A stretch of 64,000 nucleotides of DNA, taken from contig JACPLU010000003.1 of the NCBI GenBank assembly GCA_016186395.1, forward strand, positions 76,289-140,288, read 5' to 3'. A model generated the notes under the pieces. The model searched no databases, was not told where the DNA came from, and saw nothing but the letters and a program-made list of their open reading frames with translations. The DNA is from Parcubacteria group bacterium (GTDB lineage Bacteria; Patescibacteriota; Minisyncoccia; 2-02-FULL-40-12). How positions within the stretch are numbered: the stretch's first letter is position 1; the number at the start of each line of letters is the position of its first letter. A program made the translations under genes and the position numbers. This document shows positions 10,526 to 20,399 of the stretch, in pieces.

Positions 10526-10604
10526 TCTGTCCACAGTTTATATATTTACTTTACAGCATATAGGTTATATAATCTACTCAATGAGTTCAGAGACTCGTTG
10601 ATTT

Positions 10605-11273
10605 ATGTCTAGATTACCTATATTAGTTAAAGAAAGAGCGCAAAAATTAAGAAGAAAAGGATATTCTATTCGGGAGATTACTAAGAAACTCAATATTGGC
10701 CAGGGCACCGCATCGGTATGGTTGCGTAATATTAGATTATCTCCTAGTGCCCAAAAACGACTTTTATCTCGCATTAAAAAAGGTCAATTTGTATCTGCTC
10801 AGAATAAAAAAGCAAGAACCGTGGCCTTGAATGAAAGTTTATTTTTAGACGCATTAAAGGATTTTAGAAATCTGAAATTATCTCGGGACATTAGAAGATT
10901 AATTTGTGCTATGCTTTATTGGTGTGAGGGAGCAAAGGATTATAGCTATATAAGTTTTACAAATTCAGACCCGAAACTAGTTAGGAGATTTATAGATTTA
11001 TTAGTTAATGATTTTGGAGTTACTAGGAGGAAAATATGGGCCCGTTTGCATTTACATAAGTATCATAATTCTAGAAAGCAACTTAAATTTTGGTCGAGGG
11101 CGTTAGATTTAGATCTGGGTCAGTTTAGGCAGCCTTTCATAAAGCCAAATACGGGTAAACGCATCAGAGAGAATTATCCTGGTTGTGTAAATATTTCTTA
11201 CTATGATAGTATCTTAGCAAGGAAAATTTTATATTTAAGTCGTGCATATTTAGGTTATGGGGGTGTAAGCTAA
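10605..11273 (+). CDS. HTH plus single-motif LAGLIDADG-like protein
   Basis: N-terminal HTH (GYSIREITKKLNIGQGTASVWLRNI) and a degenerate LAGLIDADG motif (LICAMLYWCEGAKDYS) with I-CreI-like downstream spacing. The frame overlaps the 5' end of tRNA-Trp. Confidence 0.55.
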   Translation: MSRLPILVKERAQKLRRKGYSIREITKKLNIGQGTASVWLRNIRLSPSAQKRLLSRIKKGQFVSAQNKKARTVALNESLFLDALKDFRNLKLSRDIRRLICAMLYWCEGAKDYSYISFTNSDPKLVRRFIDLLVNDFGVTRRKIWARLHLHKYHNSRKQLKFWSRALDLDLGQFRQPFIKPNTGKRIRENYPGCVNISYYDSILARKILYLSRAYLGYGGVS

Positions 11274-11329
11274 TGGTAAACTGTCCGCCTCCAGAGCGGA
11301 ACTTCCGGGTTCAAGTCCTGGCGCCCCCG
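11259..11329 (+). tRNA. tRNA-Trp (anticodon CCA)
   Basis: Acceptor GGGGGTG/CGCCCCC, anticodon arm TCCGC-CTCCAGA-GCGGA, T arm CCGGG-TTCAAGT-CCTGG, D loop with GG. The D stem has one C-A mismatch. Confidence 0.65.
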
Positions 11330-11369
11330 CCTTCGCTAAAGCTTCGGCGGGCAAGCCCGCACAAATAAA

Positions 11370-11390
11370 AAATTGCCGTAGGGCAATTTT
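11370..11390 (+). terminator. intrinsic terminator after tRNA-Trp
   Basis: ATTGCC-GTAG-GGCAAT followed by TTTTT, preceded by the GCGGGCAAGCCCGC hairpin. Confidence 0.5.
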
Positions 11391-11487
11391 TATCGTGGAA
11401 ACGCAATAGTTTTGATATTTTAGCAATATTCTCTGAAAAACAATTTGTTATCATACTAAAAAGTCCGTTAACAACAGGAGGATTTAT

Positions 11488-12201
11488 ATGGAAAAAGAGG
11501 CTTTGATATTTGATTTTGACGGGGTTATTAACGATTCTGGAAAACCTGGTTGTGAAAGAATCATTGAAATAGTTCGACGTGATTGTCATCGTGTTCCAAA
11601 TAATATTTGGGAAAGGTTTACCGGTATTTGGGATTCTAATGGAGTTCAAGTAAAAGAAGGTGCTTGGGGGCATCCGGGCGTTGAAATGATGACGATGGCT
11701 TTTGATTTGGACCCTGAAACTGCAGGTTTTTTATACAAAGAGTGGGAAAGAATAGATGCAACCAGCTTTTTTCCATTGGTAGATGGCGCAGCAGAGATTT
11801 TAGAAGTTCTTAGATCAAGTGGATTTAATATTTGTATGCTAACAAGTAGGAATAGGGATAATTTATTTAAAGTTTTGGAATATCATGATATTCTTAGATT
11901 TTTTGACCATATTCAAGCTCGTGATGATTGGTCTTTTCGTAAACCGGATCCTCATGCATTTTGTTTATTACTGGACAAACTGAAGAAGAATTCAGACATT
12001 TCAATCGAAGAGTGTATCTATGTGGGCGATACTCCTGAAGATCTTAAGGCGGCTAGAGATAGGGGAATAGAAAATGTTAGTGTTCTTAGTGGTATTTTTA
12101 CTAGAGAGCAATTTATTGCTTTAGGACAAAAACCAGAAAACATACTTCTTTCAATTAAGTATTTACCAGGATGGCTTAATTCTTTTGGGGAGGCAATATG
12201 A
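11488..12201 (+). CDS. HAD-superfamily hydrolase/phosphatase
   Basis: FDFDGVINDS (motif I) and YVGDTPEDLKAARDRG (motif III-IV). Confidence 0.75.
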   Translation: MEKEALIFDFDGVINDSGKPGCERIIEIVRRDCHRVPNNIWERFTGIWDSNGVQVKEGAWGHPGVEMMTMAFDLDPETAGFLYKEWERIDATSFFPLVDGAAEILEVLRSSGFNICMLTSRNRDNLFKVLEYHDILRFFDHIQARDDWSFRKPDPHAFCLLLDKLKKNSDISIEECIYVGDTPEDLKAARDRGIENVSVLSGIFTREQFIALGQKPENILLSIKYLPGWLNSFGEAI

Positions 12202-12569
12202 GTGAATCATGCGTTTTATGTTTTGCAAGAGAATTGGAAAATGAAACCTGGTTTTCTGCATGGGAGCCATTTCCTGTCGGGATAGGACATAGAAAGCTGA
12301 TGCCCAAAAGACATGATGCTGATTTTTTTAATTTGACTGACCAAGAAAAGGTAGATTTTTGGGATTTACTGCAAAAGAATAAAGATTATTTAAATAATTC
12401 TTTGGGTAGTCACAAGCCGGATGGTTATAATATCGGTATAAATTATGGAGAAGCGGCCGGCCAAACAATAGGTCATTTACATGTTCATTTAATCCCAAGG
12501 TATAAGGGTGATGTTGAGAATCCAAGGGGCGGAGTTAGGAATATAAAACCATCGTTAGTAAGCTGGTAA
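12198..12569 (+). CDS. HIT-family (histidine triad) protein
   Basis: GQTIGHLHVHLIPR histidine triad. The start overlaps the HAD gene stop by 4 nt. Confidence 0.8.
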   Translation: MSESCVLCFARELENETWFSAWEPFPVGIGHRKLMPKRHDADFFNLTDQEKVDFWDLLQKNKDYLNNSLGSHKPDGYNIGINYGEAAGQTIGHLHVHLIPRYKGDVENPRGGVRNIKPSLVSW

Positions 12570-12595
12570 CAGTTATAAGACAATATCTTTTTAGT

Positions 12596-12619
12596 CGGCG
12601 CAATGTTTGCGCTTTTTTT
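12596..12619 (+). terminator. intrinsic terminator
   Basis: GCGCA-ATGTT-TGCGC followed by TTTTTTT. Confidence 0.6.
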
Positions 12620-12670
12620 ATTTTAATAGAATTTAATTACAGTTCGTTACAAATTAATGAGGAGATAGCT

Positions 12671-15600
12671 ATGCTAAATAGAAGTTTTTGGTCTAAAAAC
12701 GACATCGAAAAATTAAAAGATATTTGGGAGAAGTCTGGTCAGGACAGAGACAAATTCAAAGTTTTTGTTTTGATGGACACTTCTTTTGAGACCAAGCGTT
12801 CATGGTCCGCCTATTATAATAAGATAAGAGAGCTTGGATTATATCAGGGGTCTAAGCCTTCAAAACGGTATGCTTTTACTCAGCTTGAGCCGGTGCGATT
12901 TGAGCGGCTAAAGGCAGTTCTTCAAGATGATACTGTTAGTTGGGGTGATGTATTCAAAGAATTTCGAGAATTCACTCGAAAACAATTAAGAAATTTTGCT
13001 TTAAATCAGAATATCAAGCTTCACAAATATAAAACGGCACGCCCTCCCAAAAATGCTAATTTTAAAGCCTCGGCGCTACCAAAAGGGTTATTGAAAAAAT
13101 CGTCAAAGTCCGAAATAACAGAAAAAGAAGAGGAAACTGTTAATAATATAGACAAAAATTCTGATAATGAATTAACCTTAACTCAACAAGAAGCAATGCT
13201 TAGAGAAGGTTCTATTGCGGCAAAACGTTTTGAGATGCTTTTTGGTGATCTCAAGAAAATACCGGAAGTAGATATTCCCAGAAGTAATGGTGGATCGCCG
13301 ATTATCATTAAAGTCAAAGACGAGAATAACCCCAAGGTAACTATTATTAATTCACCACTGGTCGGAACCTTGGCGGCCAAAAAAGAGTCGATGGACATTT
13401 TCCGTAATGCACTGCGTTTGGCGCAAGCTGACAACAGTGATGCAGTCATTATTACTGGTAATCTTATTTATTGTTTGGTTGAGAAATACGGGAAACAACG
13501 TCCTTACAGAACACAAGTTATTGGACTTGAGCCAGACCCCGAGTTACTTGAGTCAAGCTATCCAAAAACGGTGCTGGATGAGATCGGGCCGCTCTATAAA
13601 AGAATTAAAGAAGGCAAACTTGTTTTCATGACAATTAAGGTTTATCTAGATCATGTTTTCAAGCTTATCCGCCAGAAGTTTCTAGATTCTAATGGACAGC
13701 CTATATTAAAATGTAATATTTATGTTTCTTTGGGTGAAATCGAAGAGTCGATTGCAATGTTTTATGCGAATGAATCATTGCGGGTTGAGGTTTTTCAAGA
13801 GAAAGCCTTTGCTCACCAAAAGATTCGTGAATTAAGAAGCGGGTTAAGCAAGGATAAGGCCGAGTTAAAGTATATGCGGTTACACACAGAAGATGAAAGC
13901 GGCGAAAACGATGAAGATGTTGAAGTTTTTGAACCCAAGGATATTCAGGAAAAAGAAAAAGAGGTTAATTCTTTAATTGAACAAATCAACGATTGGCAAA
14001 TTTACGATCGTTTATTGGTTTTGATGGGAAATGCGGCAACTAAGCAAGTAGATGCTTTGGGTAAATTGATGATTAACTATTTGGCTTATCGTATTGAATT
14101 AGATATTCCCAACGCAAAAGTTATTGGTGTTGGAGACACTTATTTAAAAATTGGCAAACAACTTGCTGCAATTGTTAGTGATAAAACTATAGATTCGGTT
14201 CGTGGCGGGTTGGCCGGTCGTCTTCGCGAAAAACTTTATAACTTTGTTAAAGCCAATCCTGGTGACAGGGTTCCAGCTGTTATTTTAGGTGCTGGGCTTA
14301 ATCCGTGGGGTACTGGTCTTTATGGAAGTTATAGGATTCGCGAACAGCGCTCTACGCTTGATGATTTGCGTATGACCGAGATTGATCAGCTTTTACCGTG
14401 TATTGATTCTCAATTGTATCGGGAAACGGTTCAAAGAATGCTTAAAGCTAAGGAGCGTTTGGCTAAATTAGCCAGTACACCGAATTTCCAGTCAGGAGTA
14501 ATGCAGCTCTCATTTTTTGAGCCGGCACCGGTTCCAGTTATTGAATGGTATACCAGTGCTTTTCTGACAAACCAGGCAATTTTTGGTTCAGAACAAGGAC
14601 TTACAAACTATGTCTCTGGCACAGAACCAAGATCCAAACGCCTGTATTTATATAAGGAAGGCTGTACTCACTATGGAGCCGCTTTTGTGGCACGTTATGA
14701 ATCGTTGGATGACCCAAATGGCCGATATATAAAACATCATAATCAGGTTTTATTTGAAGCATTTATGAAACACAATGTGCCGATTCACATGTATTTTATT
14801 GATGGCGACATCCAACACTGGTTAAATTATCAGACTTATAAAGAAGTCAATAAACAGTTATTAGATCCCGAAGACATGCTTGTTGAAATGACGCGGATTG
14901 AAAAGAATGCAGACATGACTTCGACAGGAAAAATCAAGGCATTAAAGATTTTAGCAATGACTAATACATTGGTCGCCGGAGTGCTTCAGCCTGAAGAGCA
15001 GATTGAACTTTACGGTAAGGCGATGGCTCCATATGCCGACTTTTTTATAGGAGTAATTGAGCGAGCAAAGAAAGCCGGTATTACAATGACCGGAAAACCA
15101 GGAGATCTTGGGATTATTAATATTGGTCAAGGCAATCATAATGAAAACAGTTGGAAATATAGTGATATCAAGTTTTCTGAAGCCAAAATTACCAGAAAGG
15201 AACTGATTAATATTCTTCTGCGTGCCGGTTATAACCCCCTAGAGCTTGAACGGGACGTCATTGCATGTGAAACCGGTGGTGTTGGTATAGCTGAAGGCAC
15301 ATTTATAGTCGGTACTTTGGGTAAAGATGCATATGAGTACTGCGTTTTTATGAAACATAAGCATGGGAGCAGTAAGACGCAGGATAATATGCGAACGATG
15401 ATTAAGAATTTTTCTACGCGTGGTACAACTGGAAATTACGGTGTTGGCCGATTTACCGTTAATCTTGGCGGAGATGATCATATGGGAGGCCATGCGGTCA
15501 CTAGAAACGCTTTTCATATGAAAACCGGTGGTCAAATGTTTGATGGGCCATTTGGGCACAAGCTTGATTTTCCGAAACAAAATCTTTTTTCAGCGGTAGC

Positions 15601-15727
15601 GAGTATCCCTAGTGGCGGACCTTCCTGGGGTCCATTTACAGTCATTAGGTTTGATTTTCGCATTACAAGAAAACTCGCGGCATATAAAATTATGTTGCCG
15701 GAAAAACTTTTTCCCAATCCAGCATAA
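12671..15727 (+). CDS. large (1018 aa) hypothetical protein
   Basis: Long uninterrupted ORF with a good SD (GAGGAG). No catalytic motif confidently recognised, apart from a possible metallophosphoesterase-like VIITGNLIY segment. Confidence 0.55.
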   Translation: MLNRSFWSKNDIEKLKDIWEKSGQDRDKFKVFVLMDTSFETKRSWSAYYNKIRELGLYQGSKPSKRYAFTQLEPVRFERLKAVLQDDTVSWGDVFKEFREFTRKQLRNFALNQNIKLHKYKTARPPKNANFKASALPKGLLKKSSKSEITEKEEETVNNIDKNSDNELTLTQQEAMLREGSIAAKRFEMLFGDLKKIPEVDIPRSNGGSPIIIKVKDENNPKVTIINSPLVGTLAAKKESMDIFRNALRLAQADNSDAVIITGNLIYCLVEKYGKQRPYRTQVIGLEPDPELLESSYPKTVLDEIGPLYKRIKEGKLVFMTIKVYLDHVFKLIRQKFLDSNGQPILKCNIYVSLGEIEESIAMFYANESLRVEVFQEKAFAHQKIRELRSGLSKDKAELKYMRLHTEDESGENDEDVEVFEPKDIQEKEKEVNSLIEQINDWQIYDRLLVLMGNAATKQVDALGKLMINYLAYRIELDIPNAKVIGVGDTYLKIGKQLAAIVSDKTIDSVRGGLAGRLREKLYNFVKANPGDRVPAVILGAGLNPWGTGLYGSYRIREQRSTLDDLRMTEIDQLLPCIDSQLYRETVQRMLKAKERLAKLASTPNFQSGVMQLSFFEPAPVPVIEWYTSAFLTNQAIFGSEQGLTNYVSGTEPRSKRLYLYKEGCTHYGAAFVARYESLDDPNGRYIKHHNQVLFEAFMKHNVPIHMYFIDGDIQHWLNYQTYKEVNKQLLDPEDMLVEMTRIEKNADMTSTGKIKALKILAMTNTLVAGVLQPEEQIELYGKAMAPYADFFIGVIERAKKAGITMTGKPGDLGIINIGQGNHNENSWKYSDIKFSEAKITRKELINILLRAGYNPLELERDVIACETGGVGIAEGTFIVGTLGKDAYEYCVFMKHKHGSSKTQDNMRTMIKNFSTRGTTGNYGVGRFTVNLGGDDHMGGHAVTRNAFHMKTGGQMFDGPFGHKLDFPKQNLFSAVASIPSGGPSWGPFTVIRFDFRITRKLAAYKIMLPEKLFPNPA

Positions 15728-15781
15728 TAAATATTTTGTTGCTAGTGGAAGAAAAAAATTTGAAAAATTATTTATTTTTTA

Positions 15782-15804
15782 GACCGAGCTGAGCTCGGTT
15801 TTTG
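15782..15804 (+). terminator. intrinsic terminator
   Basis: ACCGAGC-TGA-GCTCGGT followed by TTTTT. Confidence 0.7.
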
Positions 15805-15818
15805 TTTAGTTTAATTCT

Positions 15819-16847
15819 ATGTTACCCTATAAAACAATTATGTTAGCATACTTCGGAACTAAAAATAGTTTGTTTTTTGTAGTATGTGTAATAATATTGG
15901 TTATTTTATTCCAAGGTCTTTTTTCGATCTTTTGGCCTAAAAATATATCTGCGGTATTATTTGAGGTTAAAAAAGGGGAATCGTTTAATCAGATCTCAAA
16001 AGATCTAAAAGTAAATGGAATAATACTTAGTCCTTTCTGGTTTAAATTTTACAGCGCCTTAAGAGGAGATCAGGCTTATATTAAGGCCGGTAGTTATCAA
16101 TTGGAAGGACTTTTAAATGGAAAAGATGTGCTAAACATTTTAATTGAAGGAAAAGCGATTAGTGATGATGTCGAGGTTATAATACAAGAAGGACTAAATG
16201 TTTGGGAAATAGATAAAAAATTAACTGAATCGGGATTAATAAAAAAAGGATTGTTTACCAAATCAGCTACTGACTTAGAAGGTTATTTGTTCCCAGATAC
16301 TTACCGCTTTGAGAAGGATTCCTCGGCGGAAGAAATAATACAAAAAATGAAGGCTAATTTTTCAAAAAAGATTCAAGACGCTCATATAAAATTTACTAAT
16401 GAAGATATTATTCTGGCTTCAATTTTAGAGAAAGAAGTAAAAACCACGGAAGATATGCAAGTCGTAGTTGGTATTTTAAAAAAACGTTTAGTCAGAGAAA
16501 TACCACTAGAAGTTGATGCAACTTTGGCTTATGGAGTGTGTAAGGGTGGAACTTCTTTAGCCAAAACAAAGTTATTATCTACTTTTTTCGATGGTACTTT
16601 GTGTGACGTTTCTCTGGTGCCGATTAAAGATTACCTAAATTTTGAATCATCGTTTAATACTTATAAAAAACTTGGGTTACCACTATCGTCAATTTCAAAT
16701 CCTGGGATTAGGGCAATTCAAGCGGCTTTGAATCCAGTTGATAGTCCTTATTTTTATTATCTTTCTCCTCGCGATGGAGGGCCTACGGTATTCAGTAAAA
16801 CCTACCAAGAGCATTTAGCTGCCAGAAAAAAATATTTAGGTTTGTAA
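15819..16847 (+). CDS. mltG: endolytic murein transglycosylase MltG/YceG family
   Basis: N-terminal TM; YceG-like core (ASILEKEVKTTEDMQVVVGILKKRLVREIPLEVDATLAYG). Confidence 0.75.
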   Translation: MLPYKTIMLAYFGTKNSLFFVVCVIILVILFQGLFSIFWPKNISAVLFEVKKGESFNQISKDLKVNGIILSPFWFKFYSALRGDQAYIKAGSYQLEGLLNGKDVLNILIEGKAISDDVEVIIQEGLNVWEIDKKLTESGLIKKGLFTKSATDLEGYLFPDTYRFEKDSSAEEIIQKMKANFSKKIQDAHIKFTNEDIILASILEKEVKTTEDMQVVVGILKKRLVREIPLEVDATLAYGVCKGGTSLAKTKLLSTFFDGTLCDVSLVPIKDYLNFESSFNTYKKLGLPLSSISNPGIRAIQAALNPVDSPYFYYLSPRDGGPTVFSKTYQEHLAARKKYLGL

Positions 16848-16941
16848 CTTTAAATTGAATCGAGTGGGATCTTGATCAAATTAAATATTTGTCCTATATT
16901 CAACTTGCATTAGGGGTTCTTTTAAAATCTAATCTTTAAGT

Positions 16942-18264
16942 TTGGGAGAGGAGAAAAACATGAGTCAGGTAGATAATGTTTTAGTCAGGATTGAAAATGC
17001 AGCTAAAACTATAAATCTTGATAGTGAAACACTGGATACGCTAAAAAGTTTTAAACTTGTTTGGACCTGCGACTTGGAAGCAAGGATGGATAATGGAATA
17101 TTAAAAAGATTTAAAGCTATTAGGATTTGGCATCGTTCACCTCACGTTGATCAGCCTCACAAAGGTGGCTTGCGTTATCACCAAGATATTAATGAAGATA
17201 TTATGAAGGCGCATGCGGCTGAGATGAGTCTGAAGTCATGGATTATGGGTCTTGGTTGGGGCGGAGCGAAAGGGGGTATAGCAATAGATCCAACGAAGTA
17301 TTCAAGACAGGAGCTCAAGAACATTACAGAAAAACTTGTGGACGAAATGGATGAAAGAACTATTCTAGGGCCTTTTCGAGATGTTCCCGCACCAGACGTT
17401 GGAACCAATCCTGAAGTTATGAATTGGATTCGCCAACGTTATGCCCAGAGGCGTCGTTCTTTTGAGGATGCTCGATTTGCGGCTGTAGTTACGGGTAAGC
17501 CAGTAGGTTACGGTTTTGATGGAATTCCTGGTCGTAACGAGGCTACGGGTTGCGGTTTGGTGGCTGTTTTAGAAAAAATTTTAGAGGACCATAAAGTTCC
17601 AATTAATGGTTTTAATGCTGATAATGTGACCTTAGCTATTATGGGATTTGGTAACGTAGGTTCTCATGTGGCGGAGTTTGTTGGAAAACAATGTCCCAGT
17701 TTGAAAATAGTGGCGGTGAGTGATGTTCGGGGTGGTATCTACAATAAGAATGGTTTGGATGTGCCGCGGTTGATAGAATATGTAAATTCTGAAAAAAGCG
17801 TTGTAGGTCTGCCCGGTTCAACTCCAATTACCAACGATGAATTACTGGAGATTAATTGCGATATATTGGTGCCAGCTGCACTTGAAAATGTAATCAAAGT
17901 TGATAACGCCAGTAGAGTTAAAGCTAAAGTTATTTTAGAAGGAGCAAATGGACCAACTACTCCAGAGGCAGATGAGGTATTAGAATCTAAAAACATTTTG
18001 GTCATTCCAGATATCTTAGCTAATGCTGGTGGAGTAACGGTTTCATTTTTTGAATGGGCCAGAAACGTCAGCATAAAAGATGAGAGAGTGCCTTTGTCAC
18101 GAATAGACAAAGTCTTAAAAGCTCTCCAAAAAATGATTACTCATTCAGTAGATGAAGTTTTTGAAACCGCTAGGGTTTATAGAACCAATTTGAGAAATGC
18201 TGCTTATATTACAGCTATTAAAAGAGCTACACCTTTATTTAAAGCTAAGCATTTAGTTGATTAG
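16942..18264 (+). CDS. gdh: Glu/Leu/Phe/Val dehydrogenase family (glutamate dehydrogenase)
   Basis: GGAKGGI catalytic-lysine region and Rossmann segment MGFGNVGSHVAEF. Confidence 0.85.
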   Translation: MGEEKNMSQVDNVLVRIENAAKTINLDSETLDTLKSFKLVWTCDLEARMDNGILKRFKAIRIWHRSPHVDQPHKGGLRYHQDINEDIMKAHAAEMSLKSWIMGLGWGGAKGGIAIDPTKYSRQELKNITEKLVDEMDERTILGPFRDVPAPDVGTNPEVMNWIRQRYAQRRRSFEDARFAAVVTGKPVGYGFDGIPGRNEATGCGLVAVLEKILEDHKVPINGFNADNVTLAIMGFGNVGSHVAEFVGKQCPSLKIVAVSDVRGGIYNKNGLDVPRLIEYVNSEKSVVGLPGSTPITNDELLEINCDILVPAALENVIKVDNASRVKAKVILEGANGPTTPEADEVLESKNILVIPDILANAGGVTVSFFEWARNVSIKDERVPLSRIDKVLKALQKMITHSVDEVFETARVYRTNLRNAAYITAIKRATPLFKAKHLVD

Positions 18265-18291
18265 CTTTCATTTAATTAATTTGATTATCTT

Positions 18292-18316
18292 CGTCATCTC
18301 ATCAGGTGACGTTTTT
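18292..18316 (+). terminator. intrinsic terminator after gdh
   Basis: CGTCATC-TCATCAG-GTGACG followed by TTTTTG. Further hairpins at 18340-18432 include an 11-bp stem (AATCCCGCATA...TATGCGGGATT) at the 3' end of the convergent gene. Confidence 0.5.
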
Positions 18317-18420
18317 GTTAGTTTTTTTCCAAGAGGGGAGCGACCGCGCCCGACTTCGCTTTGACGAAGTCAAGGCGGGCGGGTTGGCTACAAAAAATAA
18401 TCCCGCATATATTTTACCAT

Positions 18421-19293
18421 TCAATACGTAAAATGTATGCGGGATTGTTTTATGATTTCTATGACTTCTGTAATCTTTCCAGGCGATGTTTTAGTAACGA
18501 GTCCTCTATGAGTAATAGAAGGAAGTTCATCGCGGCCAATAATTTGCTTATTGTTAATCCAAATAAGTTCTAAATCTAAATAAGTATTTTTATTCCAAAA
18601 TGTGGCTTGTTCAGGCGGGTCAAAGTAAAATATCATTCCGTCATATTCTTTAGCTTCTCGTATTTTCGAAAGACCTTGAGCTTTTTCCCATGGAGTTTTT
18701 GCCGTGCGAAGAATATAGATTTTACCGTCTAAATTAAGATTTAAAGTTTCGGGTTTACGTAATGTAAAAAGAGATATCCAAACAACTCCAACTAAAACTG
18801 GAATTATTAAAAATTTCCATGAAACACGCCTATATTTTAAAAGAACAAGAAAGATTATTGAAATCGCTATATAGTTTAAAATCATAAACCAAGTTTGGCC
18901 CCAGCTTATACCATGTATTTTTATATTGCTGATTGGCCACAAAAACGGGGTGGTATAGAAATTGGTATGTGTTGGAATGTCAAAAAGAACATGTAAGGGC
19001 CAAGCCAGGAATTCTAGTTTATATTTTGGTAAGAATCGCCAAACAGTGAAGGAAAGTAGAATTGCCAAGATTAAACTATGAGTTATATTGTAAAGGTTGT
19101 TTACATAGGAAGGAATATTAAATACGGGAACGTTAAAAGAAGAGCCATTAAGAATAAATGAATTTATAAAATGTGGACCAAAGGAGATTACATCCGGTAA
19201 AACACCAAAGAGAACTGCAATCCAAAATGAGGTTTTGGGCTTTATGATTCGACTAAAGGCCCCACCATATAACCCATGTGCAAATACATCCAT
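18421..19293 (-). CDS. membrane metal-dependent-hydrolase-like (DUF457-like) N-terminus fused to a DUF192/COG1430-like C-terminal domain
   Basis: N-terminus MDVFAHGLYGG with 5-6 TM helices. The C-terminus (TAKTPWEKAQGLSKIRE...DGMIFYFDPPEQATFWNKNTYLDLELIW) resembles DUF192. Confidence 0.5.
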   Translation of the reverse strand: MDVFAHGLYGGAFSRIIKPKTSFWIAVLFGVLPDVISFGPHFINSFILNGSSFNVPVFNIPSYVNNLYNITHSLILAILLSFTVWRFLPKYKLEFLAWPLHVLFDIPTHTNFYTTPFLWPISNIKIHGISWGQTWFMILNYIAISIIFLVLLKYRRVSWKFLIIPVLVGVVWISLFTLRKPETLNLNLDGKIYILRTAKTPWEKAQGLSKIREAKEYDGMIFYFDPPEQATFWNKNTYLDLELIWINNKQIIGRDELPSITHRGLVTKTSPGKITEVIEIIKQSRIHFTY

Positions 19294-19384
19294 GTTTTCA
19301 ATATAATGGAAGGAGAATAAGTAGACTGATTGACAATATTAGGTTAGCGTATTACTGTAAAGATGATACAGGTGGAAATAGAAA

Positions 19385-19828
19385 TTGGAGGAAGATATGA
19401 GTCCGAATATTTTAGCTATATTAGTGGCGTTTGGACTTGGATTAGTGTTGATACCTTGGAAGATTGCTTTGCAAAAGATAGGCAATGATAACTTCTTTAT
19501 GGTATTGGGAGCAGTTCTTTTTACCGGAGGATTAATAAATAGTTTATTTAAAAAAATAGAAAAAGATTTTTCTTTTGACTTTAGTGCTGTGGCATGGGCT
19601 ATTATTGCCGGCGTAATTTACTTTGTAACTATGACAATTTTTAACAAAGCATTAAACCATCCTCTGGCTAAGCTGGGTATAATAGCAGCAATAAGCGCAA
19701 CCTATCCAGTTATTGCAGGAATTGCCAGTATGATCATTTTTAAACAAACTCTAAGTCTCAAGGAAATACTTTTTATGTTAGTTTCGATAGCAGGTATAGT
19801 GGGGTTAAGTGTTGTCGGTAAGCGTTAG
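19385..19828 (+). CDS. small 4-TM membrane protein (EamA/DMT-like half)
   Basis: Hydrophobicity pattern only. Confidence 0.4.
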   Translation: MEEDMSPNILAILVAFGLGLVLIPWKIALQKIGNDNFFMVLGAVLFTGGLINSLFKKIEKDFSFDFSAVAWAIIAGVIYFVTMTIFNKALNHPLAKLGIIAAISATYPVIAGIASMIIFKQTLSLKEILFMLVSIAGIVGLSVVGKR

Positions 19829-19904
19829 AATTGGAAATGATGGGTCGTTTAAGCGATCCTTTTTTGATAAAAAATAGGAGCGGGGGCTCCTGTTTATATA
19901 ACTA

Positions 19905-20357
19905 CTAGCTTTTCATTCCAGCTGCTTTTTCTAATTCTCTAACACTGTTTTCAAGATTCCTATGTGCCTGGTCAACGATTGGTTCCAGAATCTCTCTGTT
20001 TATCAGGTTCAGGTGCACGCATTGCCATGGGCAAACTAAAACAGTAGTTGTGTATTCGTTTGGTTTAAGCGAGTATTTTCTTTTGAATTCGTCGTCTGGT
20101 TCTATGAGGTTTTTCCCACATACGGGACATTTTAAAACTTTTTGTTTGGAATCAAAAATGATTTTAGCAAACCCAAGAAGTTTGGGGAAAGAAGTTGCTA
20201 GTACATGATTGACGTTTTCTTCGCTTACCCAAGCATTTCCATCAATGTGAAGTTCAAAACTACCATCGTCGCTTACCATAACCATAAAATCTAGTTTTGA
20301 AAGTAACCTTTGGTATGTGTTTTTCTGTGCTTCACTAGGCACATAAAGTGTTCGCAT
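19905..20357 (-). CDS. hypothetical protein with Cys-rich zinc-ribbon-like motif
   Basis: KCPVCGKN...VCPWQC. Confidence 0.4.
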   Translation of the reverse strand: MRTLYVPSEAQKNTYQRLLSKLDFMVMVSDDGSFELHIDGNAWVSEENVNHVLATSFPKLLGFAKIIFDSKQKVLKCPVCGKNLIEPDDEFKRKYSLKPNEYTTTVLVCPWQCVHLNLINREILEPIVDQAHRNLENSVRELEKAAGMKS

Positions 20358-20399
20358 AAAGGTCTCCTTTTTAAAGAGCGGATTTAAGAATGGTGTTTG

